Source of the DNA: an uncultured Candidatus Bathyarchaeia archaeon
GTDB taxonomy: Archaea > Thermoproteota > Bathyarchaeia > 40CM-2-53-6
Length of the DNA: 53,893 bases
Assembly (NCBI GenBank): GCA_964601325.1
Contig: CAZRNA010000005.1
Span: 1 to 53,893 of the forward strand
Direction of reading: 5' to 3'
The translations under genes and the position numbers were made by a program. The notes below the pieces were generated by a model. The model searched no databases. It was not told the origin of the DNA and was given only the letters and a program-made list of their open reading frames with translations. Below are positions 1-8,725 of this stretch, piece after piece. The stretch's first letter is position 1, and the number at the start of each line of letters is the position of its first letter.

Positions 1-150
1 TGGGCGTGGATCTTAGCTCTCATCCTATTCATCATAGGCATCATAATGGATCTAGCCACTCTTCCAAGCGGCATCGTTGGCGTCGTGATAGACGCAATAG
101 TACTGTACCTGTTGATGCGGCCCGACACGAGAAGGTTCTGCGGCAAGTAG
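1..150 (+). CDS. 3' end of a small archaeal membrane protein (5' truncated by window edge)
   Basis: Frame 1 reads WAWILALILFIIGIIMDLATLPSGIVGVVIDAIVLYLLMRPDTRRFCGK*, two hydrophobic helices ending in a YL.RP....F.K tail. More protein-like than the listed 6..188 ORF. Confidence 0.7.
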   Translation, partial: WAWILALILFIIGIIMDLATLPSGIVGVVIDAIVLYLLMRPDTRRFCGK

Positions 151-215
151 ACGCGGAAAGACCACAATTCTTTTTCTTGCAAGGGTAAGGCGACTAGAAA
201 AGCTGGTGGAGAATC

Positions 216-632
216 TTGGAGAATGTGACTTTGAAGATGAGAATTGCAGTGCTGTGGATCTTCATGGCGGTGGCTATGTCGGTTTCCATGGAGCTGTCTG
301 TTTTCGAACCGGGCGTTGTTCAGCAAATAGTGTCCGGGAAGATGCAGATGGGTGACGAAACGCTTCTAGTTATGTCACTTTTCTGGCTGATTCCATTGAC
401 CATGGCTTACCTGTCTCTGACGCTGAAGGATGTGGCAAATCGTAGCGCAAATATCGCGCTAGGGATAGTGTTTACGGGTATCAACATCATTCATACGTTA
501 TTTGAACTCATGGTGCAACCATCTATTCATATGGTGCAATGGTCTTTTCACCAACTGCTGATTGATGGCGCGGCAGTTGTGGCTACAGCACTAATCGTGT
601 GGCACGCATGGAAGTGGCCTAAAGAGACCTAA
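216..632 (+). CDS. DUF6326-like integral membrane protein
   Basis: Four TM segments; K.RI..LW...PG...I.SG...IP..M.YLSL.LK...NR..NI pattern; GGTGGAG SD before TTG. Confidence 0.75.
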   Translation: MENVTLKMRIAVLWIFMAVAMSVSMELSVFEPGVVQQIVSGKMQMGDETLLVMSLFWLIPLTMAYLSLTLKDVANRSANIALGIVFTGINIIHTLFELMVQPSIHMVQWSFHQLLIDGAAVVATALIVWHAWKWPKET

Positions 633-858
633 GACTTCCACGATATCAGTGTACAATGGCATCGCTTGACTCCGCTCTCATGATGGTAGGCGAAACCAGT
701 TTCCCTCGATCATGCCTCGAGGGTCACGGTTTAGTCGAGTGATGGATTCTGTCCTGTTAGCGGATGCGAGGGCCACCGACAATGATCGTGCACGTGTCCC
801 CTGTGAACGGGGGGCGGAGGAATGATCCTTCGCTTAATCGTTGTTCGTCGTCGATGAG

Positions 859-1245
859 CTATTCTCGATAGACGTAGTTTATCGCGCCAGCGACTAGGAT
901 AAGAATCGAACTGGCGATTAGAATCTGGATTTTCAGGTCCGATCCGCTTAACAGTCCTATGACAAGAAGAATCGCACCGACTACTATTCCACGCATTCCT
1001 GCTTTGGTTGACATTCGCTTCGTCGCGAAGCTATAGCACTCAAGTGCCTCTATCGCGCAGATTGCACCTACAACCAAGGCGACTATCAGGATGAAACTTA
1101 TGCCCACTGTCAGCCTGAACGGATACACCGTGGAGATCGGAATCATCATGATCACGCTCACGAGACCGATTATGCCCCCTATCAGGAAGAGGATGGCCGA
1201 CAGATCCAAGACAGCTCGCTTCCAGACCGGCTCTTCTTTCACCAT
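859..1245 (-). CDS. hypothetical membrane protein (4 TM)
   Basis: 128 aa, strongly hydrophobic, ATG start with GGGGAGTGA upstream. Confidence 0.8.
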   Translation of the reverse strand: MVKEEPVWKRAVLDLSAILFLIGGIIGLVSVIMMIPISTVYPFRLTVGISFILIVALVVGAICAIEALECYSFATKRMSTKAGMRGIVVGAILLVIGLLSGSDLKIQILIASSILILVAGAINYVYRE

Positions 1246-1390
1246 GAACCGTCACTCCCCGAAGTGCCTACGTCTAATCATCTTTGACATATAAGCCAAG
1301 ATGTATGCATCTCACAGGTCACACTCGTTGAGAAGCCGTCGACTTCACAATCTCGCCCTCGCATGCCTTGTCGATCGAGTATGATGCATT

Positions 1391-1570
1391 TGGCGCGCGT
1401 CGTAATTGAACCGTCGTCTTTTCTTGTGTGGGTAGGCTGGTGGCCACACACAAAACAACCGATTCCAAGAGTTCAAATCCGGACGCCCGCAACATGAGAC
1501 CCACACACAAAATACCAAGAACGACGGTTAAAATCTGGACGCTCGCGACCGTCTGAATTTGAACGTCGTT
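1391..1570. repeat. repeat cluster 1: tRNA-3'-end-like units plus hairpin unit
   Basis: (-) GGTTCAATTACGACGCGCGCCA 1391-1412; hairpin 1421-1455; (+) GTTCAAATCCGGACGCCCGCAACATGAGACCCACACACAA 1471-1510; (+) GTTAAAATCTGGACGCTCGCG at 1527; (-) GTTCAAATTCAGACGGTCGCG within 1541-1564. Confidence 0.8.
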
Positions 1571-1656
1571 TCTATTGGGCGAGGCAAAGTATGATGAACA
1601 CTGTGCTGCTAAGAGAGTCGTCCAGCCGAATCGGTTTCGGAATACCTCTCCGGCTG

Positions 1657-1809
1657 CTAGACATTAGACTTCCCGCACTTGTTGCAGAATGTCTCGCTCT
1701 GAAGGATCCAAGCCCCGCAAAACTTGCACTTCCGAAGAGGGATGAATCTGTCGAAGACCTGGGAAATAGCTTCTCTTCGCGTACGATTTTGCGCGAGATC
1801 ACTTGACAT
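1657..1809 (-). CDS. small zinc-ribbon protein (50 aa), absent from ORF track
   Basis: Manual translation MSSDLAQNRTRREAISQVFDRFIPLRKCKFCGAWILQSETFCNKCGKSNV*; CxxCG-x9-CxxCG; GGGAGAGG SD just upstream of ATG. Confidence 0.75.
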   Translation of the reverse strand: MSSDLAQNRTRREAISQVFDRFIPLRKCKFCGAWILQSETFCNKCGKSNV

Positions 1810-1915
1810 TGCCTCTCCCGATCCCCGTCACACACAAGGACTATTACTCATCTCGTATGTGCAGTACATCATTACTCTTTTCCTCCAAACTGCAAACCGT
1901 CGCTAGGAGGAGTAG

Positions 1916-1960
1916 TTGTGTGTGGAGAGGCTCGTGCCAGCGTCGCAATTTGGACTCATG
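1916..1960 (-). repeat. repeat cluster 2: tRNA-3'-end-like unit
   Basis: Reverse complement CATGA-GTCCAAATTGCGACGCTGGCACGAGCCTCTCCACACACAA aligns with the 2960 and 3019 copies. Confidence 0.75.
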
Positions 1961-2160
1961 ATTCGTTTATATCTAGTATGGTAGTGCTTTCTCTTCGAGT
2001 TTTCGAATCAATTCCGGACTATCCCTCGCGTATCTGTCCACTACTTGAGAACACCCATCCTCCCGGGTCGCATTTGAAATGAGAGTAGACGGTTCGAGCG
2101 TCCATTAGTTGCGTAAACCTCTAGAGCCTGCGTAGATGATAGGCTAGGGAGGGAGTAGCT

Positions 2161-2346
2161 TTGGCTGAAGACAAAGGCGATGTTCTAGCTAAGATGGACG
2201 CCGCGGCGGAGGAAGCGGAAAGAGACCTCGGGACTCTCGACCGGGCAACTATTGAAGCTGTAGCTGCATGGTGGCTAAAGTGGTACATGAAAGCCGGACA
2301 TAAACGTCTTGGCCGGATCATGGTAAGAGTCGCAAAGAGCAAGTAA
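2161..2346 (+). CDS. small hypothetical protein (61 aa)
   Basis: Helical, with W..WY..AGHKRLGR motif; strong GGGAGGGAG SD before TTG. Confidence 0.7.
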   Translation: MAEDKGDVLAKMDAAAEEAERDLGTLDRATIEAVAAWWLKWYMKAGHKRLGRIMVRVAKSK

Positions 2347-2593
2347 AGTCTTCACTGTCACATTTCTTTTCTCTGCAACCCTTCTTGACAAGAAAAACGC
2401 GTGGATCTACCTCATAGTCCAACGAGTGAGACTCTCTTGTCAACCTCTGGGAAATGATATTTCCGAGGACTTGTAGCATGATTCTCGATTCAGGCAGACG
2501 ATACAGACACCGCACACATGCAAGCATCCGCTCTGGCAGACGGCAAGGCGTATTACGTGATGCGTCGTCTCTTTCATGTCAGAGGTGATTAGG

Positions 2594-2758
2594 ATGGGTT
2601 TCAGTGTGAAGTGTCCTATGTGCAGTGCTCAGATGAATGCTGAGACCTTGGACGACCTAATGAAGCAGGGGATGGAACACGCTAAGGCAGCTCATGGCAT
2701 AACCTCTGTCCCGCCAGCTGTTTTGGCACAGCTCCAGGCGGCTGTCAAGAAGACCTAG
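2594..2758 (+). CDS. DUF1059-family small metal-binding protein
   Basis: C..C....AET.D.LM....EHAK.AHG pattern; GAGGTGA SD favours ATG at 2594 over 2576. Confidence 0.75.
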   Translation: MGFSVKCPMCSAQMNAETLDDLMKQGMEHAKAAHGITSVPPAVLAQLQAAVKKT

Positions 2759-2826
2759 CTCGGCGACGCCGCAGCAGAATCCCCGTCTCCGATACTGTAG
2801 GAAGATCCGGGCGGGACCTGAGACTC

Positions 2827-3058
2827 TGTGTGGTCCTACGTGGGCGTCCTGATCTGAACCCTCATCCGTTGTCTTTTTGTGTGTGCGCACCAACCGTCGT
2901 CCGTCGCCTTTTCAGGTAATTCTTGGGGGGCAGGTGGTGCGCATACACACAAAACGAGAGTTCAAATTGCGACGCTCGCGCCATGAGACCCACACATAAT
3001 TATCCATCTCCCATGAGGGTTCAAATTGCGACGGCTGCACTAAGAGATCCACACAAAA
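2827..3058. repeat. repeat cluster 3: tRNA-3'-end-like units plus long inverted repeat
   Basis: (-) GTTCAGATCAGGACGCCCACGTAGGACCACACA 2827-2859; inverted arms TTTTGTGTGTGCGCACCA 2875-2892 / TGGTGCGCATACACACAAAA 2935-2954; (+) GTTCAAATTGCGACGCTCGCGCCATGAGACCCACAC at 2960; (+) GTTCAAATTGCGACGGCTGCACTAAGAGATCCACAC at 3019. Confidence 0.85.
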
Positions 3059-3194
3059 CGACTGCCTTGGAAGTCGCTAGGCGTGTACGCGCACAATTGG
3101 CCAGTTCAGGTCAACAGCGATAAGATTGATCAGTAGTCGAACAAACAGGGTCATCTAGCTGTGGAGTACAAACTGTCTGTCGGCGCGTTGCAAG

Positions 3195-4121
3195 ATGGGG
3201 AAGGTCAAGTTCGGTGTGCAGGCTTTGCAGGCGATGCCAGACTATGCAACTCTAAGAGAGGTTGTGTTGGAATGCGAACGGCTTGGTTTTGATTCAGTCT
3301 GGCTCTATGATCACCTTCAGTTCACCTACGGGCCGACCCTAGAGTGCTGGACAGTTCTGGCAGCGTTGGCTGAAGCAACGCGCAAGATACGAATTGGCCC
3401 TATGGTTACCTGCAACGCCTTTCGCCATCCATCCTTGTTGGCTAAGATGGCTGCTACGGTTGACATGGTTTCCAACGGAAGACTCAACTTCGGAATAGGG
3501 GCAGGATGGCACGAGGCTGAAGCTGCGGCTTACGGAATAACGTTCCCAAGAGCGGGTGTTAGAGTTGAAATGCTTGGTGAGGCACTTCAGATCATAAAGA
3601 GACTTTGGACAGAAAGCGAAGTGATCTTCAAAGGAAAGCACTATCAGCTTTGCAGGGCCGTTTCTCTACCGAAGCCAGTTCAGAAGCCTTATCCTCCGAT
3701 ATTGGTTGGAGGCGGTGGCGATAGGATGCTAAGACTCATCGCCAAACATGCAGACGCGTGGAACGGCGGTTTCACTAGCCCCGAAGGCTTCACGGAAGAA
3801 ATTGCGCGGTTGGACAAGGCTTGCAGGGAGACTGGTCGAGATCGTAATGAAATAGAGAATACTTTCCAGAGCCGCATTGTAGTAGCAGAGAAAGATGAAG
3901 ATGCTTTCAAGAGGGCAGAGGAGTGGAGAGAAGAACGCGAAGGAGCAGCAGATGAACCAGACTGGAAGTTTGCGGTAAAAGGCTCACCTCAGACTTGCGC
4001 AAGAATTCTGCAAACATACATCGATGTGGGAGTCACGCACTTCACCCTTCTTTTTGCAGATGCTCCGACACTGAAACCCCTTCAACTGTTTGCGAATGAA
4101 GTCATTCCAATGTTTCGATAG
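3195..4121 (+). CDS. LLM-class (luciferase-like), probably F420-dependent, oxidoreductase
   Basis: GFDSVWLYDH, RHPSLLAKMAATVD..SNGRL..GIGAGW, PKPVQKP.PPI.VGG.G motifs. Confidence 0.92.
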   Translation: MGKVKFGVQALQAMPDYATLREVVLECERLGFDSVWLYDHLQFTYGPTLECWTVLAALAEATRKIRIGPMVTCNAFRHPSLLAKMAATVDMVSNGRLNFGIGAGWHEAEAAAYGITFPRAGVRVEMLGEALQIIKRLWTESEVIFKGKHYQLCRAVSLPKPVQKPYPPILVGGGGDRMLRLIAKHADAWNGGFTSPEGFTEEIARLDKACRETGRDRNEIENTFQSRIVVAEKDEDAFKRAEEWREEREGAADEPDWKFAVKGSPQTCARILQTYIDVGVTHFTLLFADAPTLKPLQLFANEVIPMFR

Positions 4122-4235
4122 CATGCTTAGAGAATAAAGTACGCGTAATTGGCATTTTGATTTTGGCTTCTGCGATGAGACGTGTCTTCTTGGGGTTGGT
4201 GAGTATGGCACGGATCTGTTCGTCATTTGAGTTGA

Positions 4236-4272
4236 TTTGTGTGTGTGCGCATCATGAAGCCCACACACAAAA
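4236..4272 (+). repeat. repeat cluster 4: hairpin unit
   Basis: TTTGTGTGTGTGCGCATCATGAAGCCCACACACAAAA, between convergent genes. Confidence 0.75.
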
Positions 4273-4368
4273 GAAAAAGAACCGAAACGACCAACGGAAC
4301 AGTAACGGATGCGGAGGAATCTCACAAAGGCTCTTTCTTCTTACAGTTGAAACTCGTGGAGGGAGCGG

Positions 4369-5682
4369 CTATTGAGCAGCCTTAGGACCACTCGGTGCCT
4401 TCTCTAGTGAGATTGAGTAGACTTCTAATGGGGATTGTACGTTCTTTAGTTCTTGTTTTCCAAGGTCGATGATCTCATAATCGATCTTGTTCCAGACTTG
4501 ATCGTAGACCTGGCGTGAAATGCATATGCCGCCCGGCTCAGCCAACGGTTGTACCCGAGATGCGATATTGACGGCGTCGCCGAAAACGTCACCTTCACGA
4601 TGCACAACGTCTCCGAGGTGAATGCCAATCCGCAGTTGGGTCTCCTTTCCTGCGTGCGAAAGTGATCTTCTTTTTTGTAATGTTCTTTGGATGTCAACTG
4701 CACACCGGACAGCATCGAGAGTGCTGGCGAACTCCACTAGGAAGGCGTCTCCCATTGTCTTGATCTCTTGCCCTCGATGTTTCTCGAATATCGGGCGCAG
4801 TATGGTTTTCTGTTTCTCCAAGAGCTCAAGAGCTAGCACTTCATTCTCTTGTGCTAAGGCCGTGTAGCCTACAATGTCCGTGAACATAACGGCTGCTAGC
4901 CGTCGCTCATCTTTCGACGTAGGTCTCTTGTGAGGGAGATGAGATACAAGGATAACTTCGCCGCTATTCACTAACTGAAGCTGTCTCCAGCTCGAATCAA
5001 ATGTTCTGCCACGCATCGCCCTGATCCTGACGTTGTGTTCCATCCTTCCGCCCACGTCTTGGCTCTTGAAATCGATTATTCCATCACAGAGTGATTCGAA
5101 CTGCTTGTAGAACCCCTCCGAATACGCGCCCGCGACGAGGGAATGGATCATTATGTCCTCGCGGGTTCTCGCGAGTGGGACGAACCTGGTTCGCCATGCG
5201 TCGGCCATCTCTTTCTCTGAGTTGTATTGTAGTAAGACCGAGGTGTTGTCGTCGATGTGGAGGCGTCTCTTTTCGGGCTCGGGGACATCGTGCGGAGATT
5301 CCATGTCTTGCGCGGCGCTGATGTTCCAGTTTGATAGCACGGGATATTGCGTCTGATACGGTTGACGGCCTACTTTGGGTCTCTCAGGAACGCCTATTCC
5401 TGTGGTGGCCGTGTAAGTGTCCAGTAGTCTGAAGTTTCCTTCCCTCTCCAGCTTCTTGACATCTAGTCCAAAACGAGCCAGGGCTCCAAGAACCTCGTTT
5501 GGAATATGCTGAAATGTGTGATAGTCGGTTCTTGCTCCATTCCTCAATGCATGAGCTGCAATCGTCAACGATGTCTCGTACCAAAGCGAGTGTGGCTCGA
5601 ATTCAACAACTATGTTGAGACCGTACCGAAACCCACCCGGCACTAAGTCGGACAGTATCGGTAGGACAACGATATCGGACAA
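4369..5682 (-). CDS. degenerate KaiC/RAD55-like domain fused to class III adenylate cyclase
   Basis: N-half L..LVPGG.....I.V...D.YT...CDGIIDF......R.RAMRG (KaiC-like, Walker A lost). C-half [42 protein letters not shown]. Confidence 0.88.
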   Translation of the reverse strand: MSDIVVLPILSDLVPGGFRYGLNIVVEFEPHSLWYETSLTIAAHALRNGARTDYHTFQHIPNEVLGALARFGLDVKKLEREGNFRLLDTYTATTGIGVPERPKVGRQPYQTQYPVLSNWNISAAQDMESPHDVPEPEKRRLHIDDNTSVLLQYNSEKEMADAWRTRFVPLARTREDIMIHSLVAGAYSEGFYKQFESLCDGIIDFKSQDVGGRMEHNVRIRAMRGRTFDSSWRQLQLVNSGEVILVSHLPHKRPTSKDERRLAAVMFTDIVGYTALAQENEVLALELLEKQKTILRPIFEKHRGQEIKTMGDAFLVEFASTLDAVRCAVDIQRTLQKRRSLSHAGKETQLRIGIHLGDVVHREGDVFGDAVNIASRVQPLAEPGGICISRQVYDQVWNKIDYEIIDLGKQELKNVQSPLEVYSISLEKAPSGPKAAQ

Positions 5683-5780
5683 CCTAAGTCATCCTTTCGT
5701 TCGCATACCCTTTGAAGGCCATCAGACTTCTTGGCTATTTCTGTTTTGTGAACTTGAGCCCCGTGGTCCATCGTCTCTCG

Positions 5781-5816
5781 TGTGTGTGGGTAGGCTGGTG
5801 CGCACACACACAAAAA
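5781..5816 (-). repeat. repeat cluster 5: hairpin unit
   Basis: TGTGTGTGGGTAGGCTGGTGCGCACACACACAAAAA, near-identical to 1424-1455. Confidence 0.8.
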
Positions 5817-5914
5817 TCCAGCAAAAAGTAGCCTAGCGCGCGCTAGACCTGAACCGATTCTTTGACCGCATGATTCAGATTCCTAGCAAGCAGACCTTTG
5901 ATGAAGAAGCTTTA

Positions 5915-6565
5915 CTATTCGCCAAGTTTCTTTCTGAACTTGAGGAATCTGTAGCGTTTACTGGCTTCTACATAATTCCCCGACATGTGTTTACATTTGT
6001 CCTTTTTGGACACCGTCGCCCACTTTTGGAGGAAACCACCTCTCCGCTCGACTCTGAACCCTTCAAGTATTTTCTCCCACTCCGCGCGGTCTACAAAACC
6101 AAGAGGAGGAAGTGCACCTAGGCTGAGATGCGCCTGTCCTGTTGGCTTGAGGATGCGTTCTATTTCGTTCACAGCTAACTGTCTGTGATCAGCCATGTTA
6201 CATAATAGTCCATTCGCGAGCACAAAGTCAACTGACTCGGCTTTTATGAAGCTCAGGTCGGAGGCAGATGAAGCGTGCGCCTCAATGTTGCGGTAACCGC
6301 GTTCATTCGCCTTCTTCTCCAACGCTCTAATATGATTTTCATTCAAATCAACTGCGTAAACCTTTCCTTCAGGACCAACGCATTCGGCCAAAGCGAGCGT
6401 ATAGTAACCTAGGTTACACCCAAGGTCAGCAACCACCTGGCCGTTGCTCACGTAGGGTTCAACATGTCTTCTAGGGTCTTGAAATAATCTGGTTATTGGG
6501 TTCAGGCTTATTCGGTTTCTTGGCTGCTCAACGGCAACTTCATGTTTCTCTCTGCCCGCATCCAT
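5915..6565 (-). CDS. class I SAM-dependent methyltransferase
   Basis: VADLGCNLGYY motif I, VGPEGKVYAVD, SVDFV, RILKP.G. Confidence 0.88.
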   Translation of the reverse strand: MDAGREKHEVAVEQPRNRISLNPITRLFQDPRRHVEPYVSNGQVVADLGCNLGYYTLALAECVGPEGKVYAVDLNENHIRALEKKANERGYRNIEAHASSASDLSFIKAESVDFVLANGLLCNMADHRQLAVNEIERILKPTGQAHLSLGALPPLGFVDRAEWEKILEGFRVERRGGFLQKWATVSKKDKCKHMSGNYVEASKRYRFLKFRKKLGE

Positions 6566-6578
6566 TTAGTTACCCTAC

Positions 6579-7040
6579 CTAATGTGCTGAGCGCGCGTCT
6601 GTGCCACTGCTTCTAGAATTGGCATTGACCTTTAGGCCTGTCGACAGTGCAAGTGCACCGCCAACGATGCCGAGTATCGCGCCAACAAGGAATCCACCCA
6701 TGGATCCTCCGAAGAGGCTAACGATGGAGAAGACCAGTATGATACTTCCCCACCAAATGCAGCACGCGCGTAAGCCGTGCGTAGCTTCTCCGGGGCGAAT
6801 GTTAAGCATGATGGCAGAAATCAATACGATTATCCCTGATACTAATCCGAGAATCCATATGCCTGCCATTGCGCCGTATGGCTGTCCCATTATGCCACCT
6901 AATCCTCCCATCATCCAGCCGTATCCTCCACCCATCATTCCGGTCCCCCCAATCGTTGCATAGAGGCTGCCCAGAACAATCACGATACCAGCAACCAGTG
7001 AGACGATAGATGCTGTTGTCAGCTTCACAGTCTCTGGCAT
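6579..7040 (-). CDS. membrane protein with Gly/Met-rich loop
   Basis: 4 TM; GMMGGGYGWMMGG loop; C-terminal GGFLVGAILGIVGGALAL. Confidence 0.8.
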   Translation of the reverse strand: MPETVKLTTASIVSLVAGIVIVLGSLYATIGGTGMMGGGYGWMMGGLGGIMGQPYGAMAGIWILGLVSGIIVLISAIMLNIRPGEATHGLRACCIWWGSIILVFSIVSLFGGSMGGFLVGAILGIVGGALALSTGLKVNANSRSSGTDARSAH

Positions 7041-7100
7041 CTTTTCATCTCTGCGAAGATTTCAACAGAAATAGCCTCACTTCCATTCATACTTAACTGC

Positions 7101-7285
7101 TTTGTGCAGGACTGCTGGTGCACACACGGAACCAAAGCTCAACTCGCGATGCCCGCATCAATGAAAATCCTCTCCTCTTGTGCTGCTAGTTCTTGGTAGT
7201 GGTGCGCACCATGATACCCACACACACAATTCAAACTACGCAACGACGATTCAAATTGCGACTCCCGCACCAAGCGACTCACACT
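7101..7285. repeat. repeat cluster 6
   Basis: Partial hairpin 7101-7127; (+) GCTCAACTCGCGATGCCCGCATCA 7137-7160; TTGGTAGTGGTGCGCACCATGATACCCACACACACAA 7193-7229; (+) ATTCAAATTGCGACTCCCGCACCAAGCGACTCACAC at 7249. Confidence 0.8.
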
Positions 7286-7391
7286 CACGACTGCTCCTAT
7301 CCTACGAACAAAGAACGGGGAATACCACACAGTAGAGAGACATGAAATCGTAGTCTCAGAATGTAAGAGCGAAGGAAAGGGTGCGCATTAA

Positions 7392-7703
7392 CTATCGTTT
7401 CGGGCTGAACCTTATCACTCGGTCAAACACAAGTTCGTTCATCTCAATGATCCGACCTATGGAGCAATCATCCTAATTCACTTGGATAGCGGAAGGTACG
7501 TGGCCTATAGCTCGATCTGCACTCATGCGGGTTGTCAGGTGCAGTTTGATCCTTCCGCACGCGACATAGCCTGCCCTTGCCATGGCGCATTGTTTGACCC
7601 GTACAATGGTGCTCAAGTGCTTCGTGGACCCGCTCGAGCGCCGTTACAAAGCATTCCAATTCAGTATGATGCTTCAACCGGGAACATCTACGTAACCGGC
7701 TAA
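7392..7703 (+). pseudogene. Rieske [2Fe-2S] domain fragment, probably 5'-truncated
   Basis: CTHAGC and CPCHG boxes intact. Homologous-looking sequence (FVHLNDPTYGAIILIHL) extends upstream of TTG 7482 to an in-frame TAA at 7389 with no ATG/GTG start and no Tat/TM leader. Confidence 0.65.
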
Positions 7704-7801
7704 GCTACAGCACTCGTAGGAGTGGGCCACTGTTGCTTCGCGAAACTGCATGGCTCGTGCGACGCTTTCCTATCATTCAGCAATGCTGACAGGTCATAGG
7801 T

Positions 7802-8449
7802 TTAGGAATCGGATTCGTGTGCTCGTGCTGTTGTTCTGTTAGTCACTAGCGTGGTCTGGGTTATGATCAGTGACACAAACCAAAGATAGAATCGCAAGGG
7901 TATGTTCTGTATCGTCAGAGTCCAAAAGATGGGAAGGATAGTAAGCGCGAAAAGTAGAGCTGCGATCAAACGACTGATTTGAATACGTTTGTAATTGGAT
8001 AAGAGGCTCTTGTGGATTAGGCCCTTCTCCTCCACGGTCAATTGATGCGTGAAGAGGGCGAGAATCGCCATTAACCCTGCCATGTCTAGTGCGAAAGCTA
8101 CTGAAGCGGCGTTCAAGAGAATTTCATGGCCTGCGAGGTCAAAGACAGCGTTCAAGTAGAACAGGTACGGTTCAATAGAGACGAAAAAAAGCAGGATCAC
8201 ATTCAGTGTGATTGTAGTTGCGTCTTCCATCGGGAGAACGGACATGATGCTCGTGTAGCTGATCCACACAGTGATCAGAATCAGGAAGCTGAATCCAAAT
8301 TCTACTATGTCGTAGACAATTCCCACTGGAGAGCTGGGCAGTCTAGAGATCAGGGAGATCGTGCCTACCGAGAGAGCTAGACCGAACACTAGGTCTGAGA
8401 GAGATTCGATTCGTGGCCTGGGACGCTTCGAGTTCGCAGACAAAGCCAT
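7802..8449 (-). CDS. TMEM175-family potassium channel-like protein
   Basis: N-terminal RIESLSDLVFGLALS (variant of RxxxFSD), SF......W..Y, LN.ILLFFV...PY; 6 TM. Confidence 0.82.
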   Translation of the reverse strand: MALSANSKRPRPRIESLSDLVFGLALSVGTISLISRLPSSPVGIVYDIVEFGFSFLILITVWISYTSIMSVLPMEDATTITLNVILLFFVSIEPYLFYLNAVFDLAGHEILLNAASVAFALDMAGLMAILALFTHQLTVEEKGLIHKSLLSNYKRIQISRLIAALLFALTILPIFWTLTIQNIPLRFYLWFVSLIITQTTLVTNRTTARAHESDS

Positions 8450-8725
8450 TGAAACCTCGACTAGGTATCGGCAGAGGCTACAAAAGGCCTCTTACAGATG
8501 AACAGCTCCTGCTTTCTCCACGGCATTCCTCAGTTGCAAATCCAGTTGTGTTAAGGTTTTGGAATCGAGCACTTTCTCAATGACAGGCTACTCAATCCAT
8601 ACGTTTTTTATCGACTTTCCACCGGCGCGCGATAAGGAGCGGCCGAAAAGGTTCTGAGCCTTGGGGTTTACATCCACGATGCGGTTCTTCTTTATCTGAC
8701 TTCAGCTTGGCTGCTGAAGAGTCAA

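Noticed and set aside
6-188. 60-aa His/Arg-rich ORF
   Set aside because: Shadow frame of the membrane-protein 3' end in frame 1.
1572-1906. Three track ORFs (1572-, 1591+, 1724+)
   Set aside because: Shadows of the 50-aa zinc-ribbon gene at 1657-1809 (-).
2061-2079. Additional weak repeat matches (2061-2079, 5835-5855, 7758-7766)
   Set aside because: Too short or gapped to count without a profile search.
3085-4153. GTACGCG..AATTGGC similarity either side of the LLM gene as a target-site duplication
   Set aside because: Short, gapped and compatible with chance or decayed repeat units.
1391-7285. Canonical integron cassette array
   Set aside because: No intI gene, genes lie in mixed orientations, and RYYYAAC/GTTRRRY boxes are not present.
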